This document shows, piece after piece, positions 1 through 11,038 of a stretch of DNA of 64,000 bases. The stretch is taken from NCBI GenBank assembly GCA_002633005.1, contig NMRA01000959.1:24252-88251 (forward strand). Direction: 5' to 3'. Position 1 is the stretch's first letter; each line of letters starts with the position of its first letter. Under the pieces are notes generated by a model, which saw only the letters and a program-made list of their open reading frames with translations, was not told where the DNA came from and did no database searches. This stretch comes from Phoronis australis. Lineage: Eukaryota > Animalia > Phoronida. The position numbers and the translations under genes were made by a program.

Positions 1-325
1 TTGAAACAAGCGTAGTGTTATGGGTCTTGAAACAAGCGTAGGGTAATGTGTCTTAAAACAAGCGTAGTGTAATGGGTCTTGAAACAAGCGTAATGTACAT
101 GTAATATGTCTAATAACAATCGTAGCGTAATGTGCCTAAAAACAATCGTAGTGCAATGTGTCTAAAAACAAGCGTAGTGTAATGTGTCTAAAAACAAGCG
201 TAGTGTAATGTGTCTAAAAACAAGCGTAGTATAATGTGTCTAAAAACAATCGTAGTGTAATGTGTCTAAAAACAAGCGTAGTGTAATGTATCTAAAAACA
301 TGCGTAGCGTAATAAGTCTAAAAAC
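1..325. repeat. Minisatellite, 26-bp unit (TGTGTCTAAAAACAAGCGTAGTGTAA), about 12 degenerate copies
   Basis: Unit recurs with 26-bp spacing (e.g. AATGTGTCT at 181 and 207); lies in the intron downstream of the BTB exon. Confidence 0.9.
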
Positions 326-1525
326 GCAGCAGAATCCTCTTTGTGCCTCGACTACGAAAATCAAATGTTCCTTCCCACAGTACGTGTATATATGTAGGCT
401 ACACTTCTAAGCTTGAGAAACAAGATTAGGCTGAGGTGAGTATCCATTATGTTTATCTTTAAGGCCCGACAATACGCATTATTTCTGGTCTGACAGACGA
501 TGCTTCGGATCAATGTTAATTATGCTGATTTTTCAAAAATTTATGAAAGACTCAGGTCATCAAATTGTATCAACAGTTAAAAGGAAAGGCGAATTTTGGA
601 GGATCTCAAACTCATTCGCCACAAAATCTAAACCAACGAGATTCGTCTAACAACTCGCTTTAGTGTTATTAGTTTCCAGTGCACGAAAATGACGCAACTT
701 TACAGCTGTCAAGTCATGAATGCAAGTGTACAGCTACATCTACCGGCAGTTCTCAGAGCTAAAAGAAAAGTCAGTGATTGTTAACCTACTAATGCTGTAT
801 CAGTTTGCTGAATTGAACAATGGCTCCTCTTTGACACAAGGATCTCGCAAGAAAGGCTGCTTGAAGTAAAGGTGTCAAAGCTGGCCACGTGTTCAGCCTT
901 CAATCACTAAAGGGGATGAGCTGGAACTTGCTTGGAATAATACGAAGAATTTTCGGTTTATAAAGGGGTATTTTCCATTTTATAAATACACTCAATGGGG
1001 TTTTCAAGATCAGTTCTTTGAATTTGTTGCAATTTAAGGGTTCATTTTCGAAAAACTTGTCTTGACCTTCAATGCCTCAAATCAAAGAGTCAATTTTGAG
1101 GTCTTATGCATCCTTAACCTATGTCCGTCTTTCATGCATTCACAGTTTAACTCGCATCATTTATTTGCTTCAAGTTTGCATTTGCTTGCGATTAACCCCC
1201 TCTAGCGGGGTGTATTGCTACATGTTTCTTGAATTTTTCTCTTTGACAAACCTAACCACTCTCATGTTTGTCCATGTGAACCAATAAAATGAATGTGTTC
1301 CTTACGGACGGTCTGGTGTTCATTTACATGTACCTCGTAATGATCGCCGACGTTAAGTTCACTTTCAGATCGTGTGAACTGCAGACTAGAAAAGGAAGAG
1401 AAGTTGGTTGATATACAGAAAAGCCTGTGACCCTGACTTACTTAATAAATGACAAATTTTACGTCATTATGCCCATGGGGGCTGGGGCTTCAAAAAAACT
1501 AGTGCCAAATATAATCACCACTTTT

Positions 1526-1581
1526 AAAACAAAACTTGAAGAAAGATGATTTAAAAATCATCTTTCTTCAAGTTTTGTTTT
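1526..1581. repeat. Perfect palindrome: 27-bp arms, 2-nt loop
   Basis: AAAACAAAACTTGAAGAAAGATGATTT-AA-AAATCATCTTTCTTCAAGTTTTGTTTT. Confidence 0.9.
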
Positions 1582-2338
1582 GGGTTAAAAGCCAGATACT
1601 CGGTTGACAATGAATTTCGAAATTTGGATAATTCCATCATTTGCTTTTACATTACATTAACAATATTTTATGATGAGGTTTATATTATATGTTGTAAACC
1701 TGCATGGAAAGCACTTGTCATATTGTTTTAGTGCAACAACAGGGCCAAAGTTTTTCAATTCCATATCTAAAACCATGCCAACAAACTTGCTTTCAAATTT
1801 TTGAGGGTCTGACATCCAAGGGATTTAAACAAATCAAAAAGTACTGAAAATGGCAGGTCAAAATCTATCATTTAAAACCAAATGCCATCACTGTCCAAAT
1901 AAGCCAGGCAGAAAATTCACCACCCACCAGAATCCTTTCGGTGATACAGGTATCAACAATTTGTTCGATGTCTTTCAATTATTAGCAGGAAGAACACTTT
2001 CAGTATTTAGTAAATTATGTTTTAATTATTCATAGGCCAGAAGCTTTTCAGCGAATCATGCCTCACACTTAATAAAATATCAAAGTCGCGTTGTTATCAA
2101 ATGGGAAACTGGTCATTTTTAACACGTCTGCACACGGCAGGGGATATCATGCCATACCACCTGCCGCCCGGAGGGCTAAAAATGACCAATTTCCGATTTT
2201 CAGAACTGAGCTACACTATCTCTACTGAGTCACCTAGCGACGATGGTGGTTAGACTACTGTCTGTATGCTAAAGTAAGGCATTGCGACAATACGGTATAC
2301 GACTATGATTATGAACTAGACCTATACAGAAAACTTAC

Positions 2339-2621
2339 CAGCATATATGAAGTTCAACAGAGACTCAAAGACACAGGTTTCTATTTCATAAAGAACAACA
2401 CTGTCCGACGTTTTCTCAGCTAATCCTCCCGTGAACATGGCATGAAAGTATTCACTGGAAGCCGATAACACCGCTTTGTGAGCGTGGAACGTTCGATCGC
2501 CAACTTTAAGTTCAGCGTCACAAAACTCGTCAACACTTCGCTGTTTGTTTAATCGCTGGAGTAAAAAGCAAGCATATTCACGGGTATCGAAGCTATAGGT
2601 TTGTGTAGATACTGTCGGCAT
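2339..2621 (-). CDS. First coding exon of a BTB/POZ (Kelch-like) protein; resembles IPP/KLHL27-type N-terminus
   Basis: FCDAELKVGDRTFHAHKAVLSASSEYFHAMFTGG...LLNFIYAG is the canonical KLHL BTB signature; the frame ends at a strong donor G|GTAAGT (2339|2338). Further exons were not recognised in the window. Confidence 0.9.
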
Positions 2622-2689
2622 TTTGCAAATTTATCGTTTGTTGTTAGAAACCGAAGGAAAGTTTCTCAGTCTTCTGTTATGATTAGACA

Positions 2690-2716
2690 CTATCACTTCC
2701 TTCCTTTTCCGGTTTA
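2690..2716 (-). promoter_or_regulatory. Putative ETS-type promoter motifs upstream of the BTB gene
   Basis: Minus strand reads CCGGAAAAGGAAGGAAGTGA, 70-95 bp upstream of the ATG; inferred from motif and position only. Confidence 0.3.
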
Positions 2717-2949
2717 CACTGCCCTCTTTTGATAAAAGCATGACTTAACCCTTGACTTTCGGCAAGGGAGTGGAGACCCCCAGTGAGCTATTAGTAATGA
2801 GGGATCTAATTCCCAGCAAGTCTATGTGTCCTGATAACATCCATCCATAGGATTGGTCATCAACAGCGTAATAAAAAAGACCAATAATTTCCAAGTTTTC
2901 GTCGAAGGACAAACACAAAGTTATGAGCAAAAGAAATAACTAATGGACC

Positions 2950-5790
2950 ACTTCATGTTCACATCTCTGAAGATTTTTCGACAAAAGTAAGAAAAGCCGG
3001 AAGAGAGCTGTACACGTTTTCAAACGAAAACAATATGGAGAATGCAACTATACAATTCAACAAGCTCTATTGCAGTGAAAATGGTTAAAGAAATCAAGCA
3101 AGATATATCTACAGAAATATGCTTAGCACTGAGTTTCAGTGGCCACGACCCACACTGAGCCTTCAAGGACCTGCGAAATACGTACAACAGTCTGGAATGA
3201 ACACGGATTAAGTAACAAAACAGAGAACAAAAGTATTGTTGATTACTTATGTTCTTTTGATTTGGAGTTGTGGAAACTTGGGTAACGAACGAAAATCTGT
3301 TTGATAACTTTTTGCCTGTGTACAACGAATGTTTCAGTAAAGTTAATTTAAAGAAGTGGATTTTGTGCGTTTTTAAAAAAAAGTGTTTACCTCGGTATGT
3401 AACTGAAAAAGGATCGTATTATTCTGTTGTGTTTACATGCCACCAGAGGGTGCAACAGTGTATGGAAATCAAATTGAAAAGAATGGTGTAGAAATCTTGA
3501 GAAGTGGTATTCAAGATGCCCTTTTAAATGCCCACGATGTATCTCTTTTGATTGTTGGCGATCTTAATGCTAGAATTGGCAAACTCTCTGATTATATTCA
3601 AGACGACTCAGCAGAGTGTTTGCCTACAGTCGAATGGTATGACTCGGACACCTTTAGTCCTTCAAGGATTAGTAAAGATCATTTTATTATTTCATTTTGA
3701 AAACCACTTGTGAGAATGTGTTGCGAGTTAAATGTTGTTTCATGTAACCGTATATTTCCAGGTGATGAGGAAGGTGAGTTCACGTGCTTATCTAATAAAG
3801 GACGTATTGTAGGCTAGTGTAGTTGATAATGTACTATTGACCACTGAAGTGTTCAATTTTGTATAAGAATGTAAAGTTGATTTATTGCATGTGTCTGATC
3901 ACTTTCCTCTTGCTTCACCCAGTCACAGGATCACACTGTTCATAGCACAAATTATGTCGTCCGTAAATATGACATAGTTAGATGGAAGGCTGAAAGATGT
4001 AGTCAGTTCATGAACACGTTTGTCAGTGGGTTACAAGTGTTCTCTAGTGATATTGCGTGGTATTTCACTCCTGCCTGTTCTCGGGAACATTTTTACGAAA
4101 CTTATAAAAGCCCGTATAAGTTGAGCCAACGATAATGATTTATTTAACGAAGTTCAGGCTGGTTTTAGAAATAGTACAATAGACCAAATTTTTACCTTGC
4201 AAAGAATTATCCATAAGTACTTGGGTAAGCACAAAGGCAGATTTTATGTTACATTCGTTGATTTTTCTCCGGCCTTTGACATTATTTCACATAATTTTTG
4301 TGGAATAGGCTACACAAAAAAGAAATTCATGGTAGTTATTTAAATTTGATGAAAAGTATGTATTCAAAACTAAGAAATGAGCGTAGGTTAATTGATGTTT
4401 TCAGTAATACTATTGGTACTCGCCAAGGGTGTACGTTTAGTCCTTTTTATTTAGTATGTATTTGAACGAGTTTGTAGATTACTTAAAAAATCTTTAATTA
4501 GCGAAATTTGCATGAATGAGAATGAGCCTCAAAGTTGTATGTTGCTATACGCTGATCATGATATGGTTGGTTGTGCAGAGACAGCATTTAAACTACAGCA
4601 ACAAATTAACGCTCTGCATGAATACTGTCAGGATACTTAGGGGTATAAAAGTTAACCCTACAAAAACGAAAATAATGGTAATTAGAACGGCAGACCATAG
4701 AGAAAATACGAAAAATGACCGTTCGAAAATGAAAAAAATTAATGTCGTCTCATCAAACAAGTACCTGGGTATTTGCCTAACTTCTAAGTTAGTCTGGAAG
4801 CAAGCTAGAGAAAATTTGTCTCAGAAGGCACAGAAAGCAATGTTTTCACTTAAACGTTTTCAGTCAAAATATAGACGACTTTCACCGAAAATTGCACACG
4901 GGATTTTTGATAAAATGGTATACCAAATCATTAGCTATGGAAGAGGTATTTGGGTGCTTAAAGAATATTCTAGTATCAATTGAAATTATGTAAGCAATTG
5001 CTGGGTGTTGGAAGTAACTGACCAAATCATGCTGTCCTGGGAGAACTGAGAAGGTATCCGATTTATGTAAAGCTGTTTGTTAAATTAATCAAGTGTTGGT
5101 TTAAATTGTTAAAAATGCCAGCACATCGAAATCCAAAATCAGTCTATGACAAGCTTGTCACACTGGACGAAGCTGGTAGGAAAAATTGCGTTTCATCTTT
5201 TGGGAATTTGCTGCAAAGACATGGTTTTGGATTGGTATGGTACAATCAGGAAGTTGGCTGCGAAGCATCTTTTCTTGTCATAATTTAGCACGAATTAAAG
5301 ATTGTTTTTTACAAGGCTGGAGATTTTCTCTGGGAAATAGCTCAAAACTTAATACATTTTCCTCATTAAAAAATGATTTTGAAATTGAATCCCATCTGTT
5401 GCGTGATATTCCATATAACTTTTTAGCAACTATGGCTAAATTACGTTGCTCCAACAATAACTTGATGATACAACTGTAGAGCAAGATAGACATGCCCTTG
5501 TGGATTTAAAATACCGTGCGTGTTGTTTCTGTGTGTACCTAATTGAAGGTGTATACCATTTTATATGTGTTTGTAAAATGCACTGTTCCCTGAAAACTTT
5601 ATACCTGAGTGTTGCTCGCGTGAACCAAATAAACGTAAATTTGTAAATCTAGTGAAAATATCGGAGCCCAATGCTCAGATCAATCTAATGAAATTTGTAT
5701 TTCACGCTACTGCGATGAGGCAATACCTGATCAGGGATATCCTGTATATTTGATGTAACATGTCGGCCAAGGCCTTAAATGTTGAAAAAT
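2950..5790 (+). mobile_element. Degraded non-LTR retrotransposon (APE endonuclease + RT + C-terminal region), RTE-X-like (tentative)
   Basis: LLIVGDLNARIG endonuclease motif (3437-3700); RT remnants (QAGFR..STIDQIF, FVDFS.AFD, KYLG); C-terminal LLKMPAHRNPK...GFGLVWYNQ and AKLRCSNNNL; many stops and frameshifts. Confidence 0.8.
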
Positions 5791-5799
5791 AGATGAATA

Positions 5800-6700
5800 T
5801 ATATAACATCCACTCAATCATTTTTAAAAGTAATGCAGTGCAACTGGCTCCACTTGTGATCCTCATAAGGAATCATCACTTAGAGCTAGCATTGTCCCGT
5901 CTGACTGGAGAAATCCAGCCCACCTCCTATTTACTTCCCAATCACACGCCAAAGTCGGTCCAGGAGGTTCAATATTTCGGCGTTACCATCTCACATGATC
6001 TCAAATGTTCATCCCACATAAGCAACATCCAAAAGAAAGCAAATAAAACTCTGGGCTTTCTTCGGCGAAACTTGCGTATAAGCAGCCAACGATGTAAAGC
6101 GTTTGCGTATAAAACAATGGTGCGACCCACCTTGGAGTACGCCTCTACTGTTTAGGACACGTGTACCCAAAACGACATTGCAGCTGTAGAGAAAGTACAG
6201 AGGAGAGCTGTTCGCTGGGACACGAGACGGTTCAATCGTCCAATCCTCTGTCCAATGTTAGAAACCTTAAACTGGCACACCCTCAGCCACAGACGCAAAA
6301 TCTGTGGGCTGAAAACACTTTACAAATGCAGTATGGTACGAATTCGGTGATCATCGACTCTGATGTCCTTATCCCAGATCTTACTGTCTCGGGTATTTGT
6401 ACCAGAAGATCATCCTGTTATAGTATTCCAATGAATAGGAAAGATTACAGGAAAAAGGCATTTCCTCCTAGAACAGTAAGAATAGCTTGCCGGCCTACAT
6501 TATATCACCCAATTCTCTTGAAATCTTTGCCAGCAAGCTATCTGTCTTTCTGAAGTAACATAGTGGGATGCTTCCATTTGGGGCACCCGCTTACTGACTG
6601 CTTTGTCTGTTAACGATCTAGCAATGTTAACCGACCTCTGAAGTGACGCCCACTATATATTTCCTGTTAAACCTTTTCTTCTTCCTCTTCTTAATTTAAA
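5800..6700 (+). mobile_element. CR1-group LINE 3' fragment with internal deletion
   Basis: VQYFGVTISHDL..SSHISNIQKKANKTLGFLRRNL...AYKTMVRPTLEYASTV; lacks about 680 bp present in the 9450-11038 copy. Confidence 0.85.
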
Positions 6701-7758
6701 AGACCACACTCTTTCCAGATTATTATGTTACCGTATACCAAAGAAGATCAACGATAACGAGAACATTTCATTGAGTGTGACCATGGACATCTTAATACTG
6801 TGATGTCTATTAGTGGGACGATGTCATCGCGCCATTCAGGTATGCAACAGTGACATCTTTTGACGAAAATCATTAATCTATTTTTCGAGTGCAGGAACTC
6901 CGATATTTTGCAACAGATATCAAAGACAAAAACGCACGGCTTCCAAAATTCGAGAAGCTGGACTTTAAGATTCATTTGTGCAAAAGAATGTGGTCTGAAG
7001 AAAACGTTTTTTTGAAGTAGTCAGTACAATAAATATACAGAACCAGAAAGCCATGAGTCATTGTAACTGTTCTAAACAGTGCTGTAGTGGTAAGTGGGCG
7101 TCCAATGCCCACCGTATCTACTTGAGCATTGAATTGAAAGATTTATTTACATCGCAAAACCTGATGCAAACATGAAGGCCTATTTTTTGTTTCACGAGTG
7201 AGTATTTGCATAGAGTCTGCAGTGCCGAATCTACGATGTCAGAGAAAGGATTCCAGCCACACGTACATTGTGCAGGAAGGCAAAGTAGACTGCGACGCAG
7301 CATAGAAGGGAACTGGCGACGGTGTGGCATCTTTCTTGAAGAGAGCTTCATCGTGATTGTACAGGAAGGCAGAGCAGATTGCGACGTAGCAGAAAAGGGA
7401 ACTGCCGACGGTGTGGCATCCTTCTTGAAGAGAGCTTCATTGTGATCTTTTTTGTAATCACAAGGTAAACAGGTTTTGTCGCGCACACCATGAATACAAT
7501 TTGTGCAATACTTCAGTCGTGACAATACCGGAAATTGCTTAATACTTGACACGACTGAGACAACCCTCACGGACCATTCGCTTATTATCTACTAGAAATC
7601 AGGAAAACGAAAGTCATGGGCACTTTTAGAGCTCAACAATTTGAATGAGACTCAGAGAAATGCAAACGATACTTAAACTTGTTACAAGATGATCAAAAGG
7701 ACACATATCTTATGCCAAGCACAATCCTATAAGAACATGTAAGCAAAGATGTCTGGGA

Positions 7759-7999
7759 ATAGTTAATATATGGACGCTGAGGTTGGCCAGTAGAGAAATA
7801 TACCAAATAATCGAACCACATGTCTCTCTCTGCCGGTCTAGTGCTCTCTCCACTGAGCAACTGAGGACCCGGTGTCTGTGCAATTACTGTCTACAGTCAA
7901 CTGTTATGTCATCCCTCCCATGAGCTTTGCTTGGCATTTTTCACACTGGATTTGGTATATTTCACTACTGGCCAACCTCAGCGTCTACATATTTACTAT
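7759..7999. mobile_element. MITE-like element with ~50-bp terminal inverted repeats enclosing a tRNA-derived (SINE-like) head
   Basis: 7759-7808 and 7950-7999 are near-perfect reverse complements; minus strand 7872-7809 has A-box-like TTGCTCAGTGG and B-box-like GGTTCGAT. Confidence 0.75.
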
Positions 8000-8063
8000 A
8001 TGTAATTAACACATATTTGTAAATTGTTGATTGTATATATAATTGTACAAATCCGTTTCCAAC

Positions 8064-8387
8064 TAAGGCACAAGGGGCAAGATGCCTGGCAGGGGCGTTA
8101 TGCCCCATATCCGATTGACACAGTACCCTAAGTATGCACAGTTAAATAAACATTCCATTAAAGTTTAAAATGTCAATTTTATGTGTAGTTAAGTCGTGTT
8201 AAGTTCAGTAAAATATCAATCTTCAAGTACTGCATGTTAACAAGCTCGTGTACTTGTAGAAAAACGCACATCACAAGAAACGCGCATTACTTTATTCAAC
8301 AAACCACAACAACTAGCTTATCTATCAAATTTATCGCAACACAGTAACAGTCGCAATAATTATTTGCACGAAGATGGGCAAACCAGA
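8064..8387 (-). mobile_element. Distal end (TIR region) of the pogo-like element, allele A
   Basis: GGGGCAAGATGCC/GGGGCGTTATGCCCC motifs mirror the motifs at 13925-13967; 8225-8387 is near-identical to 11036-11198. Confidence 0.6.
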
Positions 8388-8388
8388 N

Positions 8389-11038
8389 ATGAAAAAAATT
8401 GATGTCGTCTCATCAAACAAGTACCTGGGCATTTGCCTAATTTCTAAGTTAGTCTGGAAGCAAGCTACAGAAAATTTGTCTCAGAAGGCACAGAAAGCAA
8501 TGTTTTCACTTAAACCTTTTCAGTCAAAATGTAGACGACTTTCACCGAAAATTGCACACGGGATTTTTGATAAAACGGTATACCAAATCATTAGCTATGG
8601 AAGAGATATTTCGGGGCTTAAAGAATATTGTAGTATCAATTGAAATTCTGTAAGCAATTGCTGGGTGTTGGAAGTAACTGACCAAATCATGCTGTCCTGG
8701 GAGAACTGAGAAGGTATCCGATTTATGTAAAGCTGTTTGTTAAATTAATCAAGTGTTGGTTTAAATTGTTAAAAATGCCAGCACATCGAAATCCAAAATC
8801 AGTCTATGACAAGCTTGTCACACTGGACGAAGCTGGTAGGAAAAATTGTGTTTCATATTTTGGGAATTTGCTGCAAAGACATGGTTTTGGATTGGTATGG
8901 TACAATCAGGGAGTTGGCTGCGAAGCTTCTTTTCTTGTCATAATTTAGCACGAATTAAAGATTTTTTACAAGACGGGATATTTTCTTTGGGAATAGCTCA
9001 AAACATTTTCCTCATTCAAAATTGATTATGAAATTGAATCCCATCTGTTGCGTGATATTCCATATAACTTTTTAGCAACTATGGCTAAATTACGTTGCTC
9101 CAACAATAACTTGATGATACAACTGTAGAGCAAGATAGACATGCCCTTGTGGTTTTAAAATACCATGCGTGTTGTTTCTGTGTGTCCCTAATTGAAGGTG
9201 TATACCATTTTATATGTGTTTGTAAAATGCACTGTTCCCTGAGAACTGCATTTATACCTGAGTGTTGCTCGCGTGAACCAAATAAACGTAAATTTGTAAA
9301 GCTAGTGAAAATATCGGAGCCCAATGCTCAGATTAATCTAATGAAATTTTTATTTCACGCTACTGCGATGAGGCAAAAGCTGATCAGCGATATCCTGTAA
9401 ATTTTATGTAACATGTCGGCCAAGGCCTTAAATGTTGAAAAATAGATGAATATATATAACATCCACTCAATCATTCTTAAAAGCAATGCAGTGTAACTGG
9501 CTCCACCTGTGATCCTCATAAGGAATCATCACTTAGAGCTGGCATTGTCCCGTCTGACTGGAGAAATTCAAACGTAATCCCTGTTTTCAAAGAAGGATAA
9601 AAAACTTACCTGAGAACTACAGACCTACACTGTATATCACTAACCAGTATGGTGTGTAAAATGCTTGAAGACATAATTGTCCACACGATTTTAGAGCACT
9701 GTGACTCAAATAACATGTCCGAAACAACATGGATTCCGTTCAAAATTGCCTTGTGAAACTCAACTGTTGGGCTTCATTAGTGAGATTAGTGAGCACGTTG
9801 AGAATGGTAATAGTGTTGATGCTCTCATAATGGATTTTTGTAAAGCCTTCGATAATGTAAACCACTCTTTACTGATTCACAAACTAAACTGATACGGTAT
9901 ATCAGGTGCTATTAATAACTGGATCGCAAGTTTTATAACTGGACGACAACAAACTGTGGTTGTCAGAAGCGAGAAGTCGCCAAGTATACCTGTGGAGTCT
10001 GGGATACCCCAAGGCTCAGTATTAGGCACCTGCTTGTTTCTATTATACATAAACGATATTCCCCTTGGCCTGTCTGGCAAAATCAAACTATTTGCAGACG
10101 ATACAATATGCTACAACATTGCCAACTCAGCCTCTGACAGAGAGGCTCTGCTGAAAGATTTAGATAGTGTTGCTCTGTGGGAGGCCAGGTGGCTTATGGC
10201 TATCCAACCGGACAAGTGTAGTGCCTTCACCCTGACCAGAAAACGCCAAATACAGCCCACTTCCTATGTACTTCACAATCACACGCCAAAGTCGGTCAAA
10301 GAGGTTAAATATTTGGGCGTTACCATCTCACATGATCTCATATGGTCATCCCACATAAGCAACATCCAGAAGAAAGCAAATAAAACACTGGGTTCTTCTT
10401 CGGCGAAACTTCCGTATACGCAGCCAACGATGTAAGGAGTTTGCGTATAAAACAATTGTTCGACCCACCTTGGAGTACGCCTCTACTGTTTAGGACACTT
10501 ATACCCAAAGAGACATTGCAGCTGTAGAGAAAGTGCAGAGGAGAGCTGTTCGCTGGGACACGAGACGGTTCAATCGTCTATCCTCTGTCCAATGTTAGAA
10601 ACTTTAAACTGGCACACCCTCAGCCATAGACGCAAACTCTGTGGGCTGAAAACTCTTTACAAATGCAGTATGGTAAGAATTCGGTGATCATCAACTCTGA
10701 TGTTGTCCTTATCCCAGATCTTGCTGTCTCGGGCATTTGTACCAGAAGGTCATCCTGTTATAGTATTCCAATGAATAGGACAGATTACAGGAAAAAGGCA
10801 TTTCCTCCTAGGGACTGGAATAGCTTGCCGGCCTACATTATATCACTCAATTCTCTTGAAATCTTTGCCAGCAAGCTATCTGTCTTTCTGAAGTAACAGT
10901 GGGGTGCTTCCATTTGGGGCACAAGCTTACTGACTGCTTTGTCTGTTAACGATCTAGCAATGTTAACCGACCTTTGAAGTGACGTCCACTATATATATCC
11001 TGTTAAACCTTTTCTTCTTCCTCTTCTTAATTTAAAAG
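8389..11038 (+). repeat. Near-identical second copy of 4729-6701 (RTE-X-like 3' part + CR1-group RT fragment); probably an uncollapsed allele
   Basis: Starts right after the single N at 8388; contains RT motifs QHGFR, MDFCKAFD, GIPQGSVLG, LFADD and KYLGV. Confidence 0.85.

Noticed and set aside
1-325. Repeat array as CRISPR
   Set aside because: Head-to-tail units with no unique spacers, no cas genes, and a eukaryotic context; the same applies to the arrays at 43230, 46493 and 54395.
7118-7570. 150-aa ORF as a host gene
   Set aside because: Contains an internal direct repeat and a KKDATPS motif typical of THAP-type transposon remnants, and lies in a segment missing from the other allele.
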